A DNA stretch of 64,000 bases from Octopus sinensis (taxonomy: Eukaryota), in NCBI RefSeq assembly GCF_006345805.1, contig NC_042999.1:6448001-6512000 (forward strand). Direction: 5' to 3'. Of the stretch, positions 1 through 12,300 are shown piece by piece. Position numbers and translations under genes: made by a program. The notes below the pieces were generated by a model. That model ran no database searches, was not told where the DNA came from, and saw nothing but the letters and a program-made list of their open reading frames with translations. Position 1 is the stretch's first letter; the number at the start of each line of letters is the position of its first letter.

Positions 1-179
1 AAAATCCCTATTTTTTACAATTTTTTGACTGCTGTGTCACCATTTTTCGGTGTATTTCAACCAGAAAAATGTTCACTTAAAGAGAATAACAAGCTACATA
101 ATGCAAAATTTTTACTTTTCAAAAATTCCAATTCTAAAGGGTCGAAACAAACCTGAGCAACGCCGGGCGATACTGCTAG
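1..179 (+). mobile_element. Non-autonomous Helitron family H2, 3' part
   Basis: Ends ...GAGCAACGCCGGGCGATACTGCTAG|T; body matches 3490-3669 and 48910-49115. Confidence 0.75.
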
Positions 180-744
180 TTTATACATATTCACCAAACC
201 TTCATCAAACACACACAAAACATCGTCATTATGAAATTTCTCTCACTCTCTCTCTCTTGCCCGAAATGGTCATGACTGCTGGAACTTGACTGAGGAAAGA
301 GAGCCACAAATGACCTGTCTGTTTTTGCCTGTCCTAATTGTTGTTTCTCTTGTCCACCTTTGTATCGTCTATCTGTCCGAACATTTTAATGTCCTCTATT
401 GCGTTTTTGTTCCATTTTTATTTAAAATCACAGAATGTAAAAAAATATATATTTCCTAATAAAATACAAATAGAGCCATTCTATTTGTATTTTATTAGAA
501 TATATACATTTTTACATTCTGTGATTTTATGTATTATTTTTTTTATGTGTTTGTAGACCATGGCGTTTTTTATATATGATTAAATGTTTGAGTGGTGGTG
601 TTGTATGTAAAGTCGTTGACCTGAATTTAATGTTTGTTCTATAACCAATGCTTCTTCATTTTCATCTCATATTTGAGTACTTCTTTTGCAGTCCTTTTAT
701 TTCTATATTACGAGATAAATATTATTTCTTGTTATGTGTGTGTA

Positions 745-806
<62 letters not shown>

Positions 807-814
807 GGGAAGAT

Positions 815-1590
815 AGTTTTTGTATGTGGCAGATGCTCAGGAGCAATAAACACTGAAAATGCGCAGAGACCAACTTCTGCCACATTCCAGGGAGAAAAAC
901 TAGAAGTAGTTGATAGTTTCCATTACCTAGGTGATCAAGTCAGTAGCAGGGGTGGATGCTCTGAAAGTGCAGCTGCTAGAATAAGAATAGCTTGGGCAAA
1001 GTTCAGAGAGCTCCTGCCTCTGCTTGTGACAAAGGGCCTCTTGCTCAGAGTAAAAGGTAGACTGTATGACGCATGTGTACGAACAGCTATGCTACATGGC
1101 AGTGAAACATGGGCCGTGACTGCTGAGGACATGCATAAGCTTGCAAGGAATGAAGCCAGTATGCTCCGATGGATGTGTAATGTCAGTGTGCATGCTCAAC
1201 AGAGTGTAAGTCCCTTCAGAGAAAAGTTGGACCTAAGAAGCATTAGATGTGGTGTGCAAGAGAGACGACTGCGCTGGTATGGTCATGTGGCAAGAATGGA
1301 TGAGGATAGCTGTGTGAAAAAGTGCCACACCCTAGCAGTTGAGGGAACCTGTGGAAGACGTAGAACCAGGAAGAAGCATCGGATGTGGCGTGCAAGAGAG
1401 ACGTTTGTGCTGGTATGATCATGTACTACGGATGGATGAAGAGATATGTGTGAAGAAGTGCCACTCCCAAACAGTTGAAGGAATCCGGGGTAGAGGTAGA
1501 CCCAGGAAGACATGGGATGAGGTGGTCAAGCATGACCTTCGAACAATGGGCCTCACAGAGACCAAGACATCTGGAGATATGCTGTGACTG
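815..1590 (+). mobile_element. RTE-clade LINE fragment, RT C-terminus with internal duplication
   Basis: YLGD, MLHGSETW, RRLRWYGHV.RMDE, GRGRPRKTW motifs in ORFs 1026-1418 and 1339-1587. Confidence 0.9.
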
Positions 1591-1594
1591 CAAA

Positions 1595-1808
1595 AGATGA
1601 GGATATTTGTTCTCATCTTGTTTGTTGTTAACACGTTTCGGCTGATGTACCCTCCAGCCTTTTTCAGGTGTCTTGGGGAAATTTCGAACCAGGGTTCTCA
1701 TTCTTAAGGTAGTTTTCGATGTTATTATTATTATTATTCAGGTCACTGCCTGGGATCAAACTCGAAATCTTGGGGTTAGTAGCCTGCACTCTTAACCACT
1801 ATGCCAGA
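1595..1808 (-). mobile_element. tRNA-headed SINE family E carrying a hammerhead-like motif, copy 1
   Basis: A box TGGCATAGTGG (1806-1796), B box GTTTGATCC (1761-1753), (AAT)n, then ACAC-CTGAAAA-AGGCTG/CAGCC-GAAACGT; homologous to 14911-15296. Confidence 0.7.
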
Positions 1809-2005
1809 TGAGGACAAAAATCTGTCAAATGTAAATAATTCCTCATCTCTTGAATATAGAACTGTAGGGTTAATTTGTTTGACTAATATTCTTCAAGGTG
1901 GAACTCCAGCACAGCCACAGTCTAATGACCAAAACAAGTAAAAGAATTCCAGTTACAGAGACTCTGTCTGGGATTTTGAAATCAGTTATTTTATCTAAAT
2001 AGAGA

Positions 2006-2590
2006 TTATCATCATCATCGTTTAACGTCAGTTTTCCATGCTGGCATGGGTTAGACGGTTTGACTGATACTGGTGAGCCAGCGGCTGCACCAGACTCGAT
2101 CTGATCTGGCAGTTTCTACAGCTGGATGCCCTTCCTAATGCCAACCACTCTGAGAGTGTAGTGGGTGCTTTTACGTGACACCGGCATGAGGGCCAGTCAG
2201 GAAGTTCTGGCAACAACCACGCTCAAAAAGTGTTTTTTATATGCTACCAGCACAGGAGCCAGTCCGATGGCACTGGCAACGACCACGCTTGAATGTTGTT
2301 TTTCACGTGCCGGTAAGGTGACTCTGACAACAATCATGCTTGAATGGTGCATTTCACGTGCCACTGGCATGGGAGCCAATCCATGACCTTGGCAATGATC
2401 ATGAACGGACGTGCTTTTAACATTCGACTGGCACAAGTGCCAATCAGGCCACATCAGTGATTTTGATTTGATTTCACTTGCCTCAATAGATCTTCGCAAA
2501 CAAAGTTCATGGTCCAATGAACGGGGGGTACTCATAAGTGGGCCGGTTACAGCCCACATTCAGATGTGCTTTTAACATTCCACTGGCACA
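2006..2590 (-). mobile_element. RTE-related 3'-end repeat (family A) with (GAT)n tail and tandem subunits
   Basis: Shared GGAAAGCGGACGTTAAACGATGATG-type end and GGAAGGGCATCCAGCTGTAGAAAC core; roughly 20 copies in the window. Confidence 0.8.
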
Positions 2591-3003
2591 CAGAAACTAA
2601 AAACCTACAGCAATGTTTACAAGACTAGAGATTAGGATACTGGCACAGTGCTAGACCAAATGTCTAATTGCATTTCTATTCATCTGTTGCCTGAATCAAT
2701 GTTGCTGACCTCTGATAAATCACAAATACCAGTAATATACTATGTGCATTCCTGCTCTATAAAATGTGGTTGTACATCTCAGAAAGAAGCCCACATTTGC
2801 AACACTAAAATCCGAGAGTTGTTGAATGAATGCAAGCAATGTGCCAGGCAGAGGCAAACTAAAATGTTGGGGTTCAAGTCTTTTGTGTGATATTCGCAGT
2901 TAATAGAAAATTAGTAAAACAGTTGAGGGAAGGGCAAACCTCTTCTAGCCTGGTGGGCTGCTGGAATTTTAATTTCTCTAAACAATTCAGTTATTAGTCC
3001 ATC

Positions 3004-3817
3004 AAATGTTTATGAGTTTGTTTTGCAAGATTCTTGTTGTGGAATCATGTGTTGAAACAGATATTGTTATATTTCGTGATGGTCATTTATTCTTCCTTGT
3101 CAAATAAACACAATCTTTCGTCTCGTACCTGTGAACTCTTCAGTAACTCTTTCCAGAATGGACTAAACAGAACAGGAACAGGCATGTGGATGGAAGAGTC
3201 GCTGAAGAGGTCACAGATGTGTGACGAAAGATTTCCAGACAATGGACCTAAGAAAAAATTAGAACCATAATAAACGAATGAACAACGAATATATATATAT
3301 ATATATATAAGCTGAAGTTGGCAGGTTTGGTAGCCTTCAACTAACACTATCTCCTCCGAGACCCTGCAGCGCAAGTTGACCAAAATCAAGTATGATAGAA
3401 AAAGGCTTGCTCTTCCTTCTGTAGAAGATAAAATTCAAATCAGACCATGTTAACACCAAAAATTATTTACATCAAAAAGGTGCTTTTTTTTTTCTATGAA
3501 AATCCCTATTTTTAAAGATTTTTTGACTGCTGTGTCGCCATTTTTCGGTGTATTTCAACCAGAAAAATGTTCACTTAAAGAGAATAACAAGCTACGTAAT
3601 GCAAAAATTTCAAAACTTTTCAAAAATTTCAATTCTAAAGGGTCGAAACAAACCGGGCGATACTGCTAGTGTGTGTGCGTGTGTGTGTGTAAATAGATAA
3701 ATAAAATGACCGTCCCGAAATATAAGAATATCTGTTCCAACACAAGGTTTCACTTCAGGAATCTTGGAAAGACTTCCGTTCGTTGCGGATTCTTGCAAAG
3801 CAAATTCATAAACATTT
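3004..3817. mobile_element. Long-TIR fold-back element with a nested Helitron
   Basis: Arms about 3004-3090 and 3700-3817 are reverse complements (TGTGTTG.AACAGATATT.TTATATTTCG.GA.GGTCATTT); related to 34031-34265. Confidence 0.6.
3295..3669 (+). mobile_element. Non-autonomous Helitron family H2
   Basis: 3' hairpin remnant + CTAG (3666-3669)|T; body matches 48727-49115. Confidence 0.75.
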
Positions 3818-4561
3818 TTACAATATATTCCTAGAATAATTTTGTGCGCAGCTTAAATGCATGTCGCTTTAGTTTGACCGTTTTTGTTTTGTATAGGTGG
3901 AGGATAAGAAATTTGAAAAACAAATGTTTCAAATTGTTTTTTTTTTAATTTTTAAAATTTTAATGGCAATTACAAGTGTTTCAGAATGTGACGGAACAAA
4001 AGAAATTCTATGTAATTCGTGACAGCAATTAGGAAAATCCGCCAGCAGATTTTCCTCAAAACCCATCGAGTGTCACTTTTTACTATAAACCGTAAACACC
4101 ACGTCTCTGTGCTATAATTTGGGTTAATCTCTCCTTCAAAATTTTATTTTTTTTTATATGCATTTTTCAAGGAGAGGTGCGAAACTGCATTAACCCCAAA
4201 ATAATTTTATAATGAATTTTATAACATATCAATATTCTTCAATGTCGATAGAAAAACAAAAATAAAATAACTGCTGCTAGAATTTCGAATGTTTCTACTA
4301 AGTTTCTTTAAATTATTTAGACTTATTGCCACACATGTTTACATTATACAGAATCTCATCAAAATAATAAGTTCTAAAAGAGTACTTTCTATATATATAT
4401 AAATTCTTGGACGGTTTGATGTATCATTCCAAATTGTCAACAACATTATTCCAGCTGTTTTGAAGTTTCATATTTCGTCTGCGAAATCTTTTGGACTATT
4501 GGAATTAATACGTTATGACCTGAAGAACATAAACAAAATTCCTATTTTATAGCAATTTAGG

Positions 4562-4684
4562 GTTCGGTTCGGATATCTTCGGTATATTTTCCCTTGTAGT
4601 AGGAACCATTCACCCGTTGGACAAGAGGTGAGGGAGATATCCGAAGGGAATTGTCCAGATATACCGAAGATATCCGAACCGAAC
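4562..4684. repeat. Perfect 26-bp inverted repeat, 71-nt spacer
   Basis: GTTCGGTTCGGATATCTTCGGTATAT (4562-4587) / ATATACCGAAGATATCCGAACCGAAC (4659-4684). Confidence 0.9.
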
Positions 4685-6297
4685 TGTCAAAAGTTGTCGA
4701 GTTATATCGAAGGAATGCCGACAAGACTTTCATCACGAAATACAAGAAGAATTTTTACCAAAAAAATCGTTCTAGTACTCACAGGGTATCCACCTATTTT
4801 ATTGGTAAAAGAAGATGTGACGGTCGTCTTTGGTACAGCAACATCTTTGACACCTAAAAGAACCGGCATGTCTGTCTTGGAGACGGGAACCTGTTTAAAG
4901 GATGGCGGAGTATATAAGAGAGACAGAATGGTTGTAGTTGGTGATAGATTCGGTTACAGGAATGTCGAAGATGACATTGGGGTTTAATTTAAACAATTAA
5001 ATTAAGGAGAAGGAGAGAAGCCTTTAAAGAAACTGATTACCACGTGTTGGAGTGTTTATAGTTGTCTTCCTCTAACACAGGAGAGCTCACAGTCAGTGCG
5101 CGCACCTGTCTAATTAAAACCGTAATTAAAAACAGAATTTACGACGAAGTTGGCAATAAAAGGGGAAATGATGAAAAAGAAATGAGTAAATAATTAAAAA
5201 GGAGACATCTACACTCTAAGAAAGTGTGTGGTGGGGTTGTTTGGGTCTGAAACACCAGAGCAGATTTTTAAAAAAATTATTCTACTCATGTGGTGTTTTA
5301 AGCTAATTACGAATATCAATTATTTTTCGAGAAATTAAAGCAATGCTTCGATATTGATGCACGACTTCCCTTCAGGCAAGACTTTCACCCGTCCTCCCAC
5401 CAAAAAAACCCCACCCTTTATAAAAGCTACGGGGAATACGAATCTGCAAAAAAATTGGTAAAAATCGGCATTTTTAAATTACCACCTCCTCCATCCTCAT
5501 TTCCTTCACTTTTTTAATTTTTGTCAGAAATTTTTTTTTTCAAAATATGCGGAAAAATATGGTGATTATGATTCTGAAAAAAATTTCCAAAAATTTCTGT
5601 AAAAATTTTTTTCAGAATTTTTTTTTTTATTAATATGCGAAAAAATACGGACATCATGATTCGGACAAAAATTTCAGAACATCTCTGTACTTACGGTTTT
5701 AGGGTTAGTGTTGGGGAAAAAAGTCAAAATTGAAGAAGTTGAGAAGAAAGTGTTTGTGTGGGGGGATTTCACAATGCCGATTTTTGGCAATTTTCCGGAA
5801 CCCCCGTATCCGAAAACGGGGATTTTTTTGAAAAAAAAAAAAAAAAAATTTAATAAACAAATTTGGGAGAAAATGGGGGTGGGGGACGGGTGGAAGTCTT
5901 TCCAACTTCATTCCCTTACACAAGCTTCCCCCATGTCAAAGATAAAGAGACTAAGCTGAAAAAGATAAATGATGTCGTCACCTCACACTTTGTAGACCAA
6001 CACCGAAGGACTGCTTTGATTAATAATAAAAAAATACTCCATACCTATTTGGGTGGCAGAAATTCCCTCCAATTCATCCTGCAGTCTTTCGCTTAAAAAA
6101 AAATGGTTGTAGTTGTGACATGAAACATTACAGTTGTGGAGAGAAGTTAACTAAAATCAAAAAGAACCCCCAACCTTGAGTAAAAACGGTATCTCCTTTC
6201 CTAGAACTTGTCAAGATATCCCAGTGGTTCTCACCCACTTTTTAACCCAAGGTGGAATCTCAGAACCTATGGTGTTTTAAAAGTCCTATTATTTTTT

Positions 6298-6650
6298 TCA
6301 TCATCATTATCATCATCATTTAACGTCAGTTTTCCATGCTAGCATGGGTTGGACGGTTCGACCGGGGTCTGGGAAGCCAGGAGGCTGCACCAGGCTCCAG
6401 TCTGATCTGGCAGTGTTTCTACAGCTGGATGCCCTTCCTAACGCCAACCACTCCGAGAGTGTAGTAGGTGCTTTTTACGTGCCATGGGTACAGGTGCCAG
6501 GGGAGGCTGGCAGCGGCCACGATCGGTTGGTGATTTTTACATGCCACCGACACGGAATCCAGTCAAGGCGGTTCTGGCAACGCCCACGTTCGGATCGTGC
6601 ATTTTACGTGTCACCGGCACAGGTATCACAACTACAATTTCCATTTGATT
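6298..6650 (-). mobile_element. Family A RTE-related 3'-end repeat
   Basis: (CAT)n tail at 6298-6318 followed by the shared core. Confidence 0.8.
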
Positions 6651-7831
6651 TTTTGATTAAAAATTATTAGGAATTGCATGGGAAAATTTTTTTTAGATCT
6701 TTGGTTTATTGAGGAAGTCTAAGCAGTTTATTGCAGATAAATATTTAAAAAAAAAATGTATGGACCCTGGACGAGAATCACCGAGACACCTCAGGACACT
6801 CACAGCATTATCATGGGTGACTGTGATGTTAAGGCACTTGAAATAGCTCAGTCAGCAGAGGGAGGCAAGGACACACACACACATACGTCTCAACCTGTTT
6901 GGACACACGTAGGTGACCAGTGTGTTCTTCATCAGGAGTTCAGCAGAGTGCGACTCATTTGGTATTGCCCTCTTTCAACAGAGAATCAATACTACAGCTA
7001 AACTGGGGTCTGATGTGGATTTAAATGGTAGATACCTTGATGATAATAGAAGACACTTGCCCGAGGTGCTGCGCAGTGACATTGAACCCGAAGCCATGTG
7101 GTTGGGAAGTAAAGTATTTTCCCACACATCCATGTTTGCGCCTATCATTACATGTTATGAATGTGTGTGTGAATATGAATATAGAAGGAAACCAGGAAAC
7201 ATCGGAAGGTGGAAGTTCGTAGTGGTTTGGCGTAGATAGGTATACTCCATGATGAGGCAGGTCTGAATTTGAGATGTACTTATCATTGATTTAACCTAGA
7301 CAAGTAAAATCCATGGGATCACTGGAGAAAAACTCACAAGTGCAGGATAGGGAAAGTGCAGATACTTTACAGCTGTTTCTGGGAAAGTTGCAAATTAGAG
7401 GTAAATCTGTGCATTTTTTGTATTGCACAGAATGTGATCTGTAACCCATCCCATCGTCAGAAGAAAAGGGCGGGTTGGGAACCAGTGATTACAGTTGTGA
7501 ATACACTGAAGATAACAATAATAATATAAATTGATATACACACACTCTCAGTTCTGCTAGTGTTCTCTGAAAATTTTTGATGTCATTTGAAACCTTCTCG
7601 GCATTACCATGGATTATTGTGAAGGTGGAACACTGGGTCTGACAGATCCCCTCCGGAGCATCATTAGATATTTTGCTGAAACAAGATGCCAGCAGCAACA
7701 GCTCCCATGTCAGTGACCCCTGCTCCTCTGAACGTGTCCTTGTGAGTGGATTTGGTAGACAGAAGCTGAACAAATCCCATCACACAGACATGCGTGCATA
7801 CATGTATATATATATAGAATAGCTCGCCTCT

Positions 7832-8372
7832 AGCCATGAACTCACTTCATTTGTCGGGTCTTCAAAGTCACCTCTGGAGATATGCCGTAACTTCGAAGGC
7901 CCGACAAATGAAGTGAGTTCATGGCTCTCAGGACAGCCTGCTGTGCTAACCTTGGATCGTAGAGTGACCCGCTGTTCTTGAGGAGACCTATTGATTCAAA
8001 TACGTCAGCACCAACATCAAAATAAAAATCAAATGGAAATTGTAGTTAAGACACCTGTGCCGGTGACACGTAAAAAGCACCGTCCGAACGTGACAGTTGC
8101 CAGAGGCACCTGACTGGCGTCCATGTTGGTGACATGTAAAAGCACCAACCAATCGTGGCTGTTTGCCAGCCACCTCTGGCCCCTGTGCTGCTGGCATGTG
8201 AAAAGCACCCACTACACTCACGTAGTGGTTGACGTTAGGAAGGGCATCCAGTTGTAAAAACTCTGCCAGATCAAACTGGAGCCTGGTGCAGCCTCCTGGC
8301 TTCCCAGACCCTGGTCGAACAGTCCAACCCATGCTAGCATAGAAAACAGACCTTAAACGATGATGATAATGA
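7832..8372 (+). mobile_element. 5'-truncated RTE insertion (last codons LWRYAVTSKARQMK*, 3' UTR, GAT tail) with a 37-bp inverted duplication at its 5' end
   Basis: Arms 7832-7868 / 7890-7926, 35 of 37 complementary; 3' UTR matches 39841-39970 and 26215-26585. Confidence 0.8.
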
Positions 8373-8392
8373 TTATATATACATACACACAT

Positions 8393-8404
<12 letters not shown>

Positions 8405-8489
<85 letters not shown>

Positions 8490-8525
8490 ATATATATATA
8501 TATGTATGTATGTATGTATATGTAC
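8405..8525. repeat. (TA)n/(TATG)n microsatellite
   Basis: Seen directly. Confidence 0.95.
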
Positions 8526-8726
8526 GTATGCGTGTGTGTCTTTGTGTCTCTGTTTGTCCCCTACCACCGCTTGACAATCGTTACTTAGCGGTTCGGCAAA
8601 AGCCACCGACAGAATAAGTACTCGCATTTATTTTCAAGTACTGGCGTCGGTTCGTTTGACTAAACCCTTCAAATCGATGCCCCAGCACGGTCGCACTCTA
8701 AAGACTGAGGCAAGTAAAAGACCATA

Positions 8727-8958
8727 GAGAGCTGGCAGACTCGTCAGCACGACGGGCGAAATGCTATGCGGTATTTCGTCTGCCGCTACGTTCTGAGTTC
8801 AAATTCCGCTGAGGTCGACTTTGCCTTTCATCCTTTCGGGGTCGATAAATTAAGTACCAGTTACGCACTGAGGATCGATATAATCGACTTAATCCTTTTG
8901 TCTGTCCTTGTTTGTCCCCTCTGTGTTTAGCCCCTTGTGGGTAGTAAAGAAATAGGTA
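8727..8958 (+). mobile_element. tRNA-headed SINE family B
   Basis: GAGCTGGCAGA..CGT.AGC head, GTTCAAATTCCG B box, GTCGACTTTGCCTTTCATCCTTTCGGGGTCGATAAATTAAGTACCAG core; more than 10 copies in the window. Confidence 0.85.
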
Positions 8959-8994
8959 CTATATATGTACATATATAGACGGTGCCTTTTTATT

Positions 8995-9049
8995 CCGGAA
9001 GTAGTTTATTTTGTTTCCGGGTACGAAACCGAACCGGAAGTGACGTCAC
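8995..9049 (+). promoter_or_regulatory. Promoter of the THAP gene: ETS motifs and ETS-CRE composite
   Basis: CCGGAAGT at 8995-9002; CCGGAAGTGACGTCAC at 9034-9049, about 275 nt upstream of the ATG. Confidence 0.65.
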
Positions 9050-9323
9050 TACTTCTCTGTTCCACGCTTTTCAGGAGGAATCAAAACAAAACTTTATCAC
9101 AATTAAAGCCAAGATCACAGATTATTTATAAAGATCGGGTTTTACGGCGATGATGATGATAGTTCCTTTCTGAATATACAACCGATGCTTTAGAAATGTA
9201 CGAAGCCAACCAGAAAACGAAGGAGGTGGAAAATAAAGGAGAAAAAGTTTGATGCAACAACAACAAGCATCGTCAAGATTAATTAAAGTGTTGTTGGATT
9301 GATTAGATCCGGATCGATACCAA

Positions 9324-12300
9324 ATGGCTGGAAATCAAACACCTGGGGTGACGACGGCTTCGACCTGTATAACAACAACAACAACAACGACCACATCGAC
9401 GTCATCGATGTCTGTATCGGGTGGAAAGGGTTCGATCAGCTCAGAGACCCCTCCTCCAGTGGCTGCTGTGGCCGTGACCACAATTAAGCCATCGTCGGAT
9501 GAGAACAAAACGAAGCTGCTTCAGTTGTTCATCTCCAAGCAAAAAGGACAGAATGCTTTCTGTTGTGTCCCCATGTGTAAGAATTCTTCCAAGAAAAACC
9601 CCAATTTGCATTTCCACACCTTTCCAAAAGAAGACAAGATAATCACTTCTGGTGCTCGATGTGGAGAAAATCTTCGCAAAGTTTGGCTTTGTCAAATCCA
9701 CCGCAAAAAATTCAAGTAAGTTAATTATTTGGAAAGATCCAGGTACCCCAACCCCTTATTATAGATAAACAAAACTTTAAAATTAGATTTTTTTTTGCAA
9801 AGAAATATACTTTACAATTCAGTATTATTAATTAGTGACTGGATTAATTAAAATCGTTTAGTTTTGATTAGATTTATAGATCCCGGATCGAATGTGTAAT
9901 ATTTACTACTCCTTATTGTTGCAGAAAATTATTATCAAGGCTAGACAATCGTTGGCACGTCGGATTAAGTGCTTTGCTGCACTTCTTCCGGCTCTTTACG
10001 TTCTGAGATCAACTTTGCCTTTCATCCTTTTGGGGGTCGATAAAATAAGGACCAGTTGAGTTCTGGGTTCGATGCAATCAACTTGGCCCCTCCCCCGCCT
10101 TGTGCCAAAAAATCATCATCAACATCATTATTATTATTATTATTACGTTAAAGTGGGGAAAAACCCTGTTTTATGTTGAAATACAATATTGTTTAATGTT
10201 AATCTCATGTCCTGACTCCGAATATTAACTTATTCTTGCCCTTTCTCGGATTCCCTTCTTTTTATTAGTTTCCGATTTCAAGTTGACTTCATGTAAACCG
10301 AGTGCAGAGAAGTAGAATTGTGTTGCACAGGGTTTCGATCCCGCCTTGAAACTACTTCTCTTACTTCACTCAGAACACGAGGAAGACATGTCTGTCAGAT
10401 CCCTTACATTATACAGTATATACTGTAGTAGGGAGATAATCGATTACTTGGTCAGAAAAAGTAGTTGTGTACTTTCTGAATCAGTTATGGATTTTTCCGA
10501 TGTCGGCGCTAGATCGATCGTGTGTGACACATACACCTATTATTTCCCCGTGTCTTGAATGTTGTCTCACGGGGAAAAGTCTTTCTTAGTCTAAATCTGT
10601 ATATTTCACAGTCTGCCTTGCATACATCAGTCTTTCATACTACACACACACACACACACACACATGTATACATTTAAGTTCTGTTTGGAGCAAGGTCCTG
10701 TGTCTATGGCTTTTCCTGAGAATTGGAAAAGATGTCTTCCTGGGGTTAAAATGTAGTAATATATATTTCTTTATTGCCCACAAGGGGCTAAACATAGAGG
10801 GGACAAACAAGGACAGACAAAGGGATTAAGTCGATTACATCAACCCCAGTGCGTAACTGGTATTTATTTAATCGACCCCGAAAGGATGAAAGGCAAAGTC
10901 AACCTTGGAGGAATTTGAACTCAGAACGTAATGGCAAACGAAATACCTATTTCTTTACTATCTACAAGGGGCTAAACACAGAAGGGACAGACAAAGGGAT
11001 TAAGTCGATTATATCGACCTCAGTGCGTAACTGGTACTTATTTGATCGAATCCGAAAGGACGAAAGGCAAAGTCGACCTCGGCGGAATTTGAACTCAGCA
11101 CGTAGCGACAGATGAAATACCGCTAAGCATTTCGCCCAGCGTGCTAACGTTTCTGCCAGCTCGCCACCCTTAAAAGGTAGTAAGGGTTCTAGAACGGCCA
11201 CCTTACATTGGCAAATAAACTTTTCCAGTACAGTATCGTTACTATTTAAATCTCATTTAGAGATTTTAAAACTGTTTTTTCTCCTGATACATAATGTTTT
11301 GCATAACCCTTTTGATATCAACCCACCTGAAACTGCCCCCGGTTCTATGATATAAGCTTCTTAACCTTTCATCAGAATGTCTTGTTAATTTAGATTCCAA
11401 ACACTGGCCCCTTTTGTCTTTGTAGCAGTTGACTATAATGCTTTTGCTCCACCAGTCGTTGAGTATGACTTCTTCGTGTCCAACCTGATCAAGTATGAGG
11501 GATTATTAGGTTGTATTCTACGCCATCAGATACTTGAAGCATCACCACAGTAATTTCTGACCGACCAGGGGCTTAACCTGTCCTCATATCCTTAACTGCT
11601 TTGCCTATCATCATATTGCTGAGTAAACTGGAGCAAGGTGAAATAAAGTGTCTTGCATAGGTGCCACCAGTAATTGAACTTACAACCTTATGCTCATGGG
11701 TCAAATGTCCTAACAATTAAGTCACATACCTTTACAGTCATTTTATATAAGTGTGTAGAAATTTGATACAAGAGAAATTCTAATTCTTGTATGTCTACCA
11801 TATTTCCTGATTGCCAGTACCGCCTGACAGGCCCCCATGCCAGTGGCATGTAAAAGCACCCACTACACTCTCGGAGTGGTTGGCGTTAGGAAGGGCATCC
11901 AGCCATAGAAACTCTGCCAGATCAAGATTGGAGCCTGGTGCAGCCATCTGGTTCGCCAGCCCTCAGTCAAAATCGTTCAACCCATTCTAGCATGGAAAGC
12001 GGACGTTAAACGATGATGATGATGATGTAGTAAAAATATATTTCCAAAGATTGCTCTTATGTGATGGCTAACGCTCAAAAAGGTTTATTTTTTTCCTTTT
12101 GCAATACATTTATTTTGATTTTTTTTTCAGAATTACGAAAGATACTCTTGTGTGTAGCGAACATTTCAACAATGAAGATTACAAGCCAAGAACCAGAAGG
12201 AACAAGCTTTATGGTCAACCTGGTCATTCTTTGCGGCTTTATGATAATGCTTATCCAACATTATTTAGCTGGAACAACTGGGGCAGAAGATCGTCGGGAA

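Noticed and set aside
4628-4987. 119-aa ORF overlapping the 26-bp inverted repeat
   Set aside because: No recognisable domain in any frame; kept only as context for the hairpin finding.
5698-5710. TTAGGGTTAG (and TTAGGG at 4557) as telomeric or interstitial telomeric sequence
   Set aside because: Only one to two units; more likely part of a decayed DNA element or chance.
7489-7773. 94-aa minus-strand ORF upstream of the THAP promoter (possible divergent gene)
   Set aside because: Starts in a SINE fragment, no clear splice sites or known motifs.
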